56,831 nucleotides of DNA from a virus (Duplodnaviria; Heunggongvirae; Uroviricota; Caudoviricetes), in IMG/VR virus record IMGVR_UViG_2585427593_000001, positions 1 through 56,831 of that record; one strand, 5' to 3'. Positions 16,046 through 23,872 of the stretch are shown piece after piece. The notes under the pieces are model-generated. The model did no database searches. It worked only from the letters and a program-made list of their open reading frames with translations, and had not been told where the DNA came from. Position numbers and translations under genes: made by a program. The first letter of the stretch is position 1; every line of letters starts with the position of its first letter.

Positions 16046-16602
16046 CAGTGAACCCGCCCGATCACGGCGACGAGCTTGTCCAGCAGATCCTGGCGAGCAG
16101 CTGCAGGCTCCAGTCCGCGCGCCAGGCCATCGTTGTTGATGCGGGCGTGGCAGAACTCGGGATTGAAGCGGTCGAACTCATACTGTGAGGGGCCGGCAAG
16201 CGGATTGACGATCTCGAGGACGAGGGCGCCGTGATTACGCCAGTAGAGACCCTGCTCGCGCCGGACGGAGCCGAAGACGGAGTAGGAGCCCTCGGGCCTG
16301 GCGTTGTGGCTCATGATCGGGATGATGTCGCCGCCGAACTTCTCTTCGAAGGCGTTGCCGATCTCACCCAGGATCTCGCGGACTTCCCATTCGCGACCGT
16401 TGAGCGTGACCTTCTGCTTCTTGCCCTCCTGGGTGAAAACCTGTTCGGCCGTCAGTCCCAGGTAGTCCATGCCGATCTTGCGCAGCGGCAGACCGTCGTC
16501 AGCCAGCTCGTGGCCGTAGACCTCATTGATGATATCGGCAGCGGTCGACTTGCCGGATCCAGGATGCCCGCAAAGGGCGATGTTCTTGGGGATGTGGTGC
16601 AT
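16045..16602 (-). CDS. Deoxynucleoside monophosphate kinase-like P-loop protein
   Basis: IALCGHPGSGKST; PLRK..; REILGEIG pattern typical of phage dNMP kinases. Confidence 0.75.
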   Translation of the reverse strand: MHHIPKNIALCGHPGSGKSTAADIINEVYGHELADDGLPLRKIGMDYLGLTAEQVFTQEGKKQKVTLNGREWEVREILGEIGNAFEEKFGGDIIPIMSHNARPEGSYSVFGSVRREQGLYWRNHGALVLEIVNPLAGPSQYEFDRFNPEFCHARINNDGLARGLEPAAARQDLLDKLVAVIGRVH

Positions 16603-16699
16603 AGTTGCTCCTGCTACGTAAGTGCTTACTTACTATTTATAGCGGGCAGGGGCAGCTTGCTGCATACATAGCTCGGTATCTGCCGAGCTATCTAGCTAT

Positions 16700-16885
16700 C
16701 TAGGCATAAACGATGGGCTCGTCGTCCTCGCCGGCGAGCTGGGCGATACGCATGGCAAGCGAGCGGCAGCGCCGCTCGAGCTCGGCGTTTTCTTCCTGCA
16801 GGCGCTCGAGTTCGGCATGCAGGTGATCCGCGGACATGATGGAGTGCCCGCGTTCGTTGAAGAAGTGGATCGGATCGACCTTCAT
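16700..16885 (-). CDS. Small coiled-coil hypothetical protein
   Basis: Coupled to the helicase stop codon. Confidence 0.55.
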   Translation of the reverse strand: MKVDPIHFFNERGHSIMSADHLHAELERLQEENAELERRCRSLAMRIAQLAGEDDEPIVYA

Positions 16886-18456
16886 TATGCAGCCTTGCGT
16901 TCGAAGATTCCCCAGGGGAAGTTGTCGTTTGCGGGCAGGATGCCTTCGACAAAGCCAGGCGTTGCCCGGACGATGCCTTCGCGGCGCCGTGCATGATCGC
17001 GCAGCGTGCCGTTCAGGTTGATGGAATAGTCAGCGATGAACGTGACATTCGGCCCAAACTTCTTATAGCGAAGACCGCGACCGATCCGCTGACGAAGTTC
17101 GACCTCTGCCTTCATTCCACCACCGAGCTGCACCAGGCCGATCGCCGGGCAGTCGACACCGACATCGAGGATCTTGGTGCCGATGACGACATCGATCCGG
17201 CCGGCAGCCAGGTCAGCCAGGCGCGCCTTGCGCTCCTTCTGGTCATCGTCGCCGCGCAGGAACACGGCGCGCAGCCCGAAACGCTTGTAGAGTGCCATCA
17301 GGTTGTCGCCGGCCTCGGTGCGAGCGACCAGGGTGAGGGTAGGGAGTCCGTAGCGCTTCGCCATCATGGCGTCTTCGAGCATGACCTTGTGAAGAGGGGA
17401 GGTGTCCCTGACGTAGGCCAGCGTATAGGCGCGCTCGAAGGGTGAGGACTTGTGCAGGCCCTTCGGCGCCTCGCAATCGCGGAAGAGGAAGTAGGGCTTG
17501 GCGAGAATGCCGCGCTCGATCAGCAGCGACTCCGGAATGTCGATCAGAACGGGACCGAAGGCGGCCATCAGGCGCATGTTGTCTGCAGCCGAATCCTTCA
17601 TGAAGGGCGTGGCCGTCAGAGCAACGCGGATCGTGGCGTTCTTGCAGTGACGCAGGATCTCGTAATAGGACGTGCCGCCCGCTTCATGGGCTTCCTCACC
17701 GATCACGACCTCGACCAGCTCCAGAAACTTCAAGATGGCCGCCCGGCGCTTGGTCTTCTTGTCGAAGCGCTCCTGTGCGAGGCGAGCGATCTCGGCTTCA
17801 CTGATTTCGGAGTTGCCGTTCTTGCGCTGGTGCGCAGACTTGACGACTGCGCGGCGCTCGGCAGCGAGATCCGGAACCTCGAGCGCCTGGACAAGGGTCT
17901 GCACCATGCCAAGGTTAACGCCGCGCACAAACTTCATTTCGCCGTCGCCGATCTGGCCGGTGTTGAAGCCGATCTCCTGCAGCTGGTCGTCCATCTGGTA
18001 GAGCAGGATCCCGCGCGTGGTCAGAAACAGGGTCATGCGCTTGAAGCGCGCCATGATGAGCTTGGCGATCTTCGACTTGCCACCGCCCGTGGCGACGCGG
18101 ATGATGCCGGCGCCGTGCTTTTCGACCTGGCGCAGCGACTTCATCTGGTAGTCGTAGCGCGGATCGTCGTTGCCGAGCTCGTCAACGATCGGGTTTTCGG
18201 GGCCGAGCGGCGTGGCGTGCGGCTTGAAGACCTCATAGACCGTGTGGCCGATGCGCTCGAGCTCAGCCTTGACGGTATAGGCAAAGCCTGCCGGAAAGGT
18301 ATTCCTGGTGATCGAGAAGAAGCTTGCCGTGCCGGAGAAGCCAAGTCCGCCCTCTTCCTTATAGGAGAGGAGGGAGGCCACGAAGTTCTTCACTTCCTTC
18401 GGAGGATCTCGAAGCTGGGCAACGACGGCGTTGCGGGCGATCGTTACGACTGCCAT
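16885..18456 (-). CDS. Superfamily 2 helicase (UvsW-like)
   Basis: ATGGGKS, EEAH, LTATP, GVDCP, QRIGRGLR. Confidence 0.9.
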   Translation of the reverse strand: MAVVTIARNAVVAQLRDPPKEVKNFVASLLSYKEEGGLGFSGTASFFSITRNTFPAGFAYTVKAELERIGHTVYEVFKPHATPLGPENPIVDELGNDDPRYDYQMKSLRQVEKHGAGIIRVATGGGKSKIAKLIMARFKRMTLFLTTRGILLYQMDDQLQEIGFNTGQIGDGEMKFVRGVNLGMVQTLVQALEVPDLAAERRAVVKSAHQRKNGNSEISEAEIARLAQERFDKKTKRRAAILKFLELVEVVIGEEAHEAGGTSYYEILRHCKNATIRVALTATPFMKDSAADNMRLMAAFGPVLIDIPESLLIERGILAKPYFLFRDCEAPKGLHKSSPFERAYTLAYVRDTSPLHKVMLEDAMMAKRYGLPTLTLVARTEAGDNLMALYKRFGLRAVFLRGDDDQKERKARLADLAAGRIDVVIGTKILDVGVDCPAIGLVQLGGGMKAEVELRQRIGRGLRYKKFGPNVTFIADYSINLNGTLRDHARRREGIVRATPGFVEGILPANDNFPWGIFERKAA

Positions 18457-18471
18457 TGGTTTTCCTTCAAC

Positions 18472-18519
18472 TTGCCTATTGCGTTCTGCGGAGGTTATAG
18501 TAAGTAACTACTTACTTAT
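18472..18519 (+). promoter_or_regulatory. Sigma70-like promoter overlapped by the palindromic operator
   Basis: TTGCCT-N18-TATAGT; operator GTAAGTAACTACTTACTTAT at 18500-18519, between divergent genes. Confidence 0.6.
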
Positions 18520-18533
18520 TCGGAACCGTCCAT

Positions 18534-19280
18534 ATGCGCAAGATTGAATATCTGAACGTCGCCGTCACCGAGCTGCGGAAGAACCCCTGGAACACCAACA
18601 AGGTGAGCCCGGAAAATGAACTCAAGATCCGCGAGAGCCTCAGTCGCAATGGCATGTTCAAGCCCATTGTCGTTCGCGAAGTCGAGGGTGTGCCTGGATT
18701 TGAGATCCTGGGCGGCGAGCACCGCTGGGAACAGGCGATCGAACTTGGCGAATCTGAGGTGCCGGTTGCCAACCTCGGCATCATCTCTGAGAAGCAGGCC
18801 AAGGAAATCGGTCTCATCGACAACGCTCGATATGGCTCCGACGATACCTTGGGCTTGGCTGATCTGCTGAAGGAGATCGGTGATGTTCCTGAACTGCAAA
18901 GCTTTCTTCCTTATGGGCAGGCTGACATTGACGCAATTTTCAATGCGTCAGTTATAGCGCTCGACGACTTGGAGATTGACGAAAGCTTTGAAAAGACGCC
19001 GGAAACGGAAGAGGAAGCGCCGCTTCCCAAGGTAGCAAAGACCCACGCTCAGATGCGCTTCAAGGTTCCGATCGCTGATGCCGAGCGCATCACTGCCCTG
19101 ATTGCCAAGACCCAGAAGGATTTCGGCTACACGACCGAAGACGAGCTCACCAACGCCGGTGATGCGCTGATCCACCTTCTCGGCGATTACCTGCGGCGCC
19201 CGGCCAGCACTCTTGCCTATAACGACGACGAAATCGAAGCCACGCTCGATGCGGCGCTGGCAAACCCGGATGATATCTGA
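18534..19280 (+). CDS. ParB/Srx N-terminal domain protein
   Basis: NPWNTN, GMFKPIVVR, ILGGEHRW, DN.ARYG. Confidence 0.85.
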   Translation: MRKIEYLNVAVTELRKNPWNTNKVSPENELKIRESLSRNGMFKPIVVREVEGVPGFEILGGEHRWEQAIELGESEVPVANLGIISEKQAKEIGLIDNARYGSDDTLGLADLLKEIGDVPELQSFLPYGQADIDAIFNASVIALDDLEIDESFEKTPETEEEAPLPKVAKTHAQMRFKVPIADAERITALIAKTQKDFGYTTEDELTNAGDALIHLLGDYLRRPASTLAYNDDEIEATLDAALANPDDI

Positions 19281-19954
19281 TGTCTGAACCGAACCACGCC
19301 ATTGAAATTGTCGATATCGGCTGGCTGAAGGAATACGAGGCCAACGCCAAGAAGCACCCGGACGACGAAGTCGCCAAGCTTGCGACCTCGATCGAGAAGT
19401 TCGGCTGGACGGCGCCGATCATCGTCTGGAAGGATGGCGTCATCATCGCCGGTCACGGCCGGCGCAAGGCAGCTCTCAGGCTCGGCCTGAAGAAGGTGCC
19501 AGTCATCGTCCGCCGCGACCTGACCAAGGCCCAGGCCGACGCGCTGCGCCTGGCTGACAACCGTGTCGCCGGCACGCAGTATGACCAGGCCGCGATCCAG
19601 ATCGAACTGCAGCGCCTGGCTGATGAACTGGATGGCTCGTTCGAGCTGTCCGACATGGGCTTCACCGAAAAGGAGCTCGACTTCTCGCTCGGGGATCTGG
19701 ACGAGATCTCCGACGACCTCTTCGTGGACGACATCTCCAGCGCTGTCGAGACCCAGAAGGAAGAGAACAAGGCCAAGGTTGAAGCGGTCGACGACACGGC
19801 CGCTCCCGTTGGCGATGCCCTCGGCTTCAAGCGCGTCACGATCGAGGAGAGCCGCAAGCTCAAGGGCTTGATGTCCCAGATCGAGACCAGGACCGGCCGC
19901 AAGGGCGTCGATGCCCTGATCTATGTGTTTTCTGCTGCTTTGGCAGCTAAGTAA
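19280..19954 (+). CDS. ParB/Srx N-terminal domain protein
   Basis: YEANAKKH, SIEKFGWTAPI, IIAGHGRRKAA, RLADNR. Confidence 0.88.
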   Translation: MSEPNHAIEIVDIGWLKEYEANAKKHPDDEVAKLATSIEKFGWTAPIIVWKDGVIIAGHGRRKAALRLGLKKVPVIVRRDLTKAQADALRLADNRVAGTQYDQAAIQIELQRLADELDGSFELSDMGFTEKELDFSLGDLDEISDDLFVDDISSAVETQKEENKAKVEAVDDTAAPVGDALGFKRVTIEESRKLKGLMSQIETRTGRKGVDALIYVFSAALAAK

Positions 19955-19964
19955 GGACTTACAT

Positions 19965-20393
19965 ATGTCGAATGTCGTCTCACTCCTCACCCGCAAGCCC
20001 TGGCACGAGGAGCAGGCTGAAAAGCGGCGTCAGCGCCGGGCCGAGGGTCGTAAGAAGAGGAAGGAGCTGTCCGAGGCAAAGGCCGATCACAAGGCAACCC
20101 AGCTCGCCATGCTCGACGAGATCCGCAAGCTGGTCGAGGAGGATAAGTTCGAAGGGCTGCTGATCGTCGGACGCGATCCGAAGACCAAGAATTTCTACAA
20201 CGACTTCGTCCTCGATGTCACGACCGTCCCTCTCAACGACTACTACGCCTATTCGGGTGTCCTGGCGACGCTCGCTACCGAACTGAACCAGTGCGCCACG
20301 ATGGCGCCGGCGCTGATGGCCGACGGGTCGACCCTCGATCCGTATATGGAGCCGCCCGAGGTCGTCTACATGGAAGGCGATTTCGATGACTGA
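19965..20393 (+). CDS. Hypothetical protein
   Basis: ATG 19965 next to an operator-like site; overlaps the next start. Confidence 0.7.
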   Translation: MSNVVSLLTRKPWHEEQAEKRRQRRAEGRKKRKELSEAKADHKATQLAMLDEIRKLVEEDKFEGLLIVGRDPKTKNFYNDFVLDVTTVPLNDYYAYSGVLATLATELNQCATMAPALMADGSTLDPYMEPPEVVYMEGDFDD

Positions 20394-21015
20394 CTACATC
20401 ATCACCCGCAAGTTCAACACCTCTGTCGAGCGCACGCCGCGCGTCCTCGAAATCGCTGAAGCCTTCGGGCTTGGCCTCTCCGACAAGGAGTTCGTGGTCT
20501 ATGACGGGCTGAAGATCACCATCAACCTCGGCGATGTCGTCTACATCAAGGGCCAGTCCGGCTCCGGCAAGTCGCTGCTGCTCAAGGATCTCACCGCCCA
20601 GATGACCGCAGGCGGCCTCAAGGTCGCCGATCTGAACAAGATCGAGCTGGAAGAGCGCCCGGTCATTGAGCTGGTCGGCAAGTCGACCGTCGAGGCGACC
20701 GATCTGCTCGCCAAGGCCGGCATCTCTGACGCCTACATCTACCTGCGCAAGCCTTCGGAACTCTCCGACGGCCAGCGCTATCGGCTGAAGCTCGCAATCC
20801 TGATGGCGTCCGACGCCGATGTCTGGATCGCTGACGAGTTCGGCGCCGTGCTTGATCGCACGACGGCAAAGCTCGTCGCCTTCTCGATGCAGAAGGTCGC
20901 CCGGCGCATGGGCAAGACCTTCATGATCGCAACCACTCATGACGACCTGGTGGACGAACTCGGGCCGTCGCTGACCATCACCAAGCGCTTCCGCGAGAAG
21001 GTCGAGGTCGCATGA
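20386..21015 (+). CDS. Soluble ABC-type ATPase
   Basis: Walker A GQSGSGKS, signature LSDGQ, Walker B WIADEF, H-loop ATTH. Confidence 0.9.
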   Translation: MTDYIITRKFNTSVERTPRVLEIAEAFGLGLSDKEFVVYDGLKITINLGDVVYIKGQSGSGKSLLLKDLTAQMTAGGLKVADLNKIELEERPVIELVGKSTVEATDLLAKAGISDAYIYLRKPSELSDGQRYRLKLAILMASDADVWIADEFGAVLDRTTAKLVAFSMQKVARRMGKTFMIATTHDDLVDELGPSLTITKRFREKVEVA

Positions 21016-21305
21016 ACTACGGTCAGGCACTTGAATTCGTGAAGCGGGGAGGGGTCGCCAGGCGCCAGGAATGGAAGCCGCAGCAGATCATCTACCTCGA
21101 GCAGGGCTCGCGCGACGCATCGAAGCTACGCGGTCACCAGCGCCTGGCTGCCGTCCTCAACGCCGAGCTCTTCCAGGACGGCGACAAGGGCACGGTCACG
21201 CGCCTGCCGAACATCAACATGAAGACGCCGACCGGCGAGACGCTGACCGGATTTAACCCCTCCCAGCTCGATCAGCTGGCCGAGGATTGGGAGATTGTGG
21301 AATGA
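21012..21305 (+). CDS. DUF2829 family protein (Tad2-like)
   Basis: MNYGQALE..K.G..ARR.EW and C-terminal PSQ.D.LAEDW.IV. Confidence 0.8.
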   Translation: MNYGQALEFVKRGGVARRQEWKPQQIIYLEQGSRDASKLRGHQRLAAVLNAELFQDGDKGTVTRLPNINMKTPTGETLTGFNPSQLDQLAEDWEIVE

Positions 21306-21499
21306 GCAAGTTCGTCACCGCCAAGGATATCGTCATTCCGGCCGGCACCGAGGTCGATTTCGCGCCAGTCAGGACCGAATACTTCACCCGTCACGGCGAG
21401 GTGATCATCGGCTTCGACAAGGATACGACCGGCAGCCTGCGCTTCGATTGGGAAGAAGCTGAGCAGCTCGGCCTCATTCGGGAGAGCGCCGATGGCTAA
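21302..21499 (+). CDS. Hypothetical protein
   Basis: ATGA overlap; 65 aa. Confidence 0.6.
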   Translation: MSKFVTAKDIVIPAGTEVDFAPVRTEYFTRHGEVIIGFDKDTTGSLRFDWEEAEQLGLIRESADG

Positions 21500-21815
21500 T
21501 CGCGGCTGGTATGGGGTCGACTTCGACGGGACGCTCGCGACCTACGACACCTGGAAGGGCATCGATCACGTCGGCGAACCGATCTGGCCGATGATCAACC
21601 GCGTCAAGAACTGGCTGGCTGCCGGCAAGGAAGTCCGCATCTTCACCGCGCGCTGCGCTGGGCCGGAAGATTGCAAGCCGGCGATCGAGAAGTTCTGCCT
21701 GGAACACATCGGCCAGGTGCTGCCGATCACCAACATCAAGGACTTCGGCTTGATCGAACTCTGGGACGATCGCGCGGTTCGGGTCGAAGAAAACACTGGT
21801 CAGAGGATCCTCTAA
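21492..21815 (+). CDS. HAD-superfamily phosphatase-like protein
   Basis: Motif I VDFDGTL, motif II IFTAR, terminal WDDRA. Confidence 0.8.
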   Translation: MANRGWYGVDFDGTLATYDTWKGIDHVGEPIWPMINRVKNWLAAGKEVRIFTARCAGPEDCKPAIEKFCLEHIGQVLPITNIKDFGLIELWDDRAVRVEENTGQRIL

Positions 21816-21958
21816 TGGCCGATGTGATAATCTTCATCATCCTGCTGCTTGTATTCGTCATCTGGTTTATGCGCGAAGACATTGCGCACGCATATGAAGA
21901 ATGGATCGTCAGGAAGCAGCTTGAGAAGCTCAGGGGACGCGACCGCGATGTCTCCTGA
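21815..21958 (+). CDS. Small membrane protein (47 aa)
   Basis: TAATG coupling; MADVIIFIILLLVFVIWF. Confidence 0.5.
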   Translation: MADVIIFIILLLVFVIWFMREDIAHAYEEWIVRKQLEKLRGRDRDVS

Positions 21959-22817
21959 TATCGAGACACTGATCGAGCGAAACGCGAGCCCTCGCGCGAA
22001 TTTCGCGCTCACGGATGAGATGTTCGTGGAGCGCGGAACCAAGGCGGATTGGGATCTGCTGCACGATCTCCACTACAAGGCCGAGGGCCTGCCGATCGGG
22101 CCGCAGTTCTGGAAGCTGACGCTGCACGGGCAGACGATCGGCGTGCTCGTCGTCGGCATGCCGAAGGGTATGCTGAAGGAGCGCCACCTGGTCTTTAAGA
22201 AGCTGGCGCCTGGCTCCGGCGAGACGACGCTGACCAACACCAACCGCTACCTCTACATCAACGCCAATTTCCGGGTGGTCTCGCGCTTCGTCATCGACAC
22301 GATGTTCCGCGGGATCGGCGCCGGCTACCGGATGATGAACCTGGTCGCCCGTATGGACGGTCACAAGTTCATGGAGATCCAGTCCTCGATGTCGAAGTTC
22401 AACGCCTTCGGCCAGAAGGCAGGCTTCCGCTTCGTCAAGCCGATGAACGCCAACAAGTTCGACGCCGGCATGAAGTTCTTCCGCGGCAATTTCGAATCCA
22501 CGCCCCAGGACTTTGAGGCCGTGGTCAACGAGCTGGAGAACTCGCCGCGCTTCGAACAGCTGTTTGCAGCCTGCAAGGAGTTTTACCAGAAGAACTCGGC
22601 GACCGAGAACACCGGTGCGGCCCGCGATGGTGCTGACGCGCGTGTGGCAGCCATGAGCCCGCGGGATGTCATCAAGGGCATTCAGCAGATGAGCCTGGCC
22701 TCGCCGATGTATGGTGTCTTCCAGAACCCGGATCTCGGCCGCACTCTGCCGGAGCGTTTGCCTCTAACTGCATTTGATGGGCAGCAGCCGACGGAAAGGC
22801 TGGTGCTCAATGGCTAA
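21948..22817 (+). CDS. GNAT-fold acyltransferase (Mom-like candidate)
   Basis: Acetyl-CoA-binding motif A SRFVIDTMFRGIGAG; LHDLHY; ATG 21948. Confidence 0.75.
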   Translation: MSPDIETLIERNASPRANFALTDEMFVERGTKADWDLLHDLHYKAEGLPIGPQFWKLTLHGQTIGVLVVGMPKGMLKERHLVFKKLAPGSGETTLTNTNRYLYINANFRVVSRFVIDTMFRGIGAGYRMMNLVARMDGHKFMEIQSSMSKFNAFGQKAGFRFVKPMNANKFDAGMKFFRGNFESTPQDFEAVVNELENSPRFEQLFAACKEFYQKNSATENTGAARDGADARVAAMSPRDVIKGIQQMSLASPMYGVFQNPDLGRTLPERLPLTAFDGQQPTERLVLNG

Positions 22818-23064
22818 GCCGCGCCGCACCGAGAAGCAGAGGGAGCTGATGGGACTGATTCTGAAGGCAGCCGGGGAGGGGAGGTATCTCACGCCTTCCG
22901 AGCTGCATGAGAAGATTTCCTACGAGGCGAGCTACGGAGCGATCCGGATCTCTATCAAGTTCCTGGCCCATCAAGGCATGATCGAGAAGCGCCCGGTCGG
23001 TAACTATGTGCATCTGGTTCCGACTATGAAAGGCTACGATTGGTTCCGTCCGGCAGCTTCATGA
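22810..23064 (+). CDS. Winged-helix DNA-binding protein
   Basis: TEKQRELM...LTPSELHE...AIRISIKFL...GMIEK...PTMKG pattern. Confidence 0.7.
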   Translation: MAKPRRTEKQRELMGLILKAAGEGRYLTPSELHEKISYEASYGAIRISIKFLAHQGMIEKRPVGNYVHLVPTMKGYDWFRPAAS

Positions 23065-23149
23065 ATTCCCGTCCTTTCACTGTCATATTACTAATATCTA
23101 GTAAGTAAGTAATTAATTACTTATAATATGACAGTGAAAGGACGGGAAT
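23065..23149. repeat. Perfect 26-bp inverted repeat with 33-bp AT-rich spacer
   Basis: ATTCCCGTCCTTTCACTGTCATATTA ... TAATATGACAGTGAAAGGACGGGAAT. Confidence 0.95.
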
Positions 23150-23215
23150 GAAGACCCTCCGGACGGAAAAGCCGCGTCCGCGGAAATAAGGAATTGCTTA
23201 CTTTTGGAAGAGAGA

Positions 23216-23872
23216 ATGTCTGAGGAAGTCGAAAAGGAAGAGGCAAAGGACGCGGCTGCCGCGGGCGCCAAGCGCATGTCTGATGCTGACTTCGCCGAAG
23301 CAAAGGAGCTTTACGAGCTCGGCAAGGCCGGGCTGTCGGAGCTCGCGGACCAGTTCGGTGTTTCGCGCCAGGCACTCTCCCAGCGTTTAAAGAGCGCAGG
23401 AGCGGTTAAGGGCTCTCGGGCGCACGAGGTAGCGGCTGCGGCTAAGAAGGCTGTCACCGGCGCTGCTGGGTCGTCTGCTGCTGCAACCGCGGAGCGCTTC
23501 GCGGACAAGCGCGGCGAATGGATCGAAGAGACGCGCATCACTGGTTTTCGCCAGCTCAAGCTTGCGCGCCAGCTCGCCCAGAAGGTGGTTCAGGACGCTC
23601 TGTCTGCCGGCCGTTCGATCGCGACCACGGATGATGAGCTGAAGGCCGTCATGCGCCTCAACAAGATCCTTTGCGACAACATCGAGTCCACGCTCAACCT
23701 GCTCGAAGCCGACAAGCACGTCGATGAGAACGACCTGCCGTCGCTCAACATCGAGGATCTGACCAACGAAGACATCCTGAAGCACCATATCGGCACCGGC
23801 GCGCTCCCCGAGGGCTCGACGGTCCAGGACATGCTGGCTGACGAAGCCGATCCGGGACTGACCGATGAGTGA
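23216..23872 (+). CDS. Probable terminase small subunit
   Basis: N-terminal HTH (LSELADQFGVSRQALSQR), helical body, directly upstream of terL. Confidence 0.7.
   Translation: MSEEVEKEEAKDAAAAGAKRMSDADFAEAKELYELGKAGLSELADQFGVSRQALSQRLKSAGAVKGSRAHEVAAAAKKAVTGAAGSSAAATAERFADKRGEWIEETRITGFRQLKLARQLAQKVVQDALSAGRSIATTDDELKAVMRLNKILCDNIESTLNLLEADKHVDENDLPSLNIEDLTNEDILKHHIGTGALPEGSTVQDMLADEADPGLTDE

Noticed and set aside
18534-19954. Centromere-binding ParB partners of parA
   Set aside because: Only the ParB/Srx N-terminal domain is evident, they are in a different operon, and parA already has a coupled RHH partner.
20386-21015. ABC transporter
   Set aside because: No permease or substrate-binding partner; the context is DNA packaging.
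23065-23149. Protelomerase telRL site
   Set aside because: Such sites are continuous palindromes. This one has a 33-bp asymmetric spacer, and no protelomerase is in the window.
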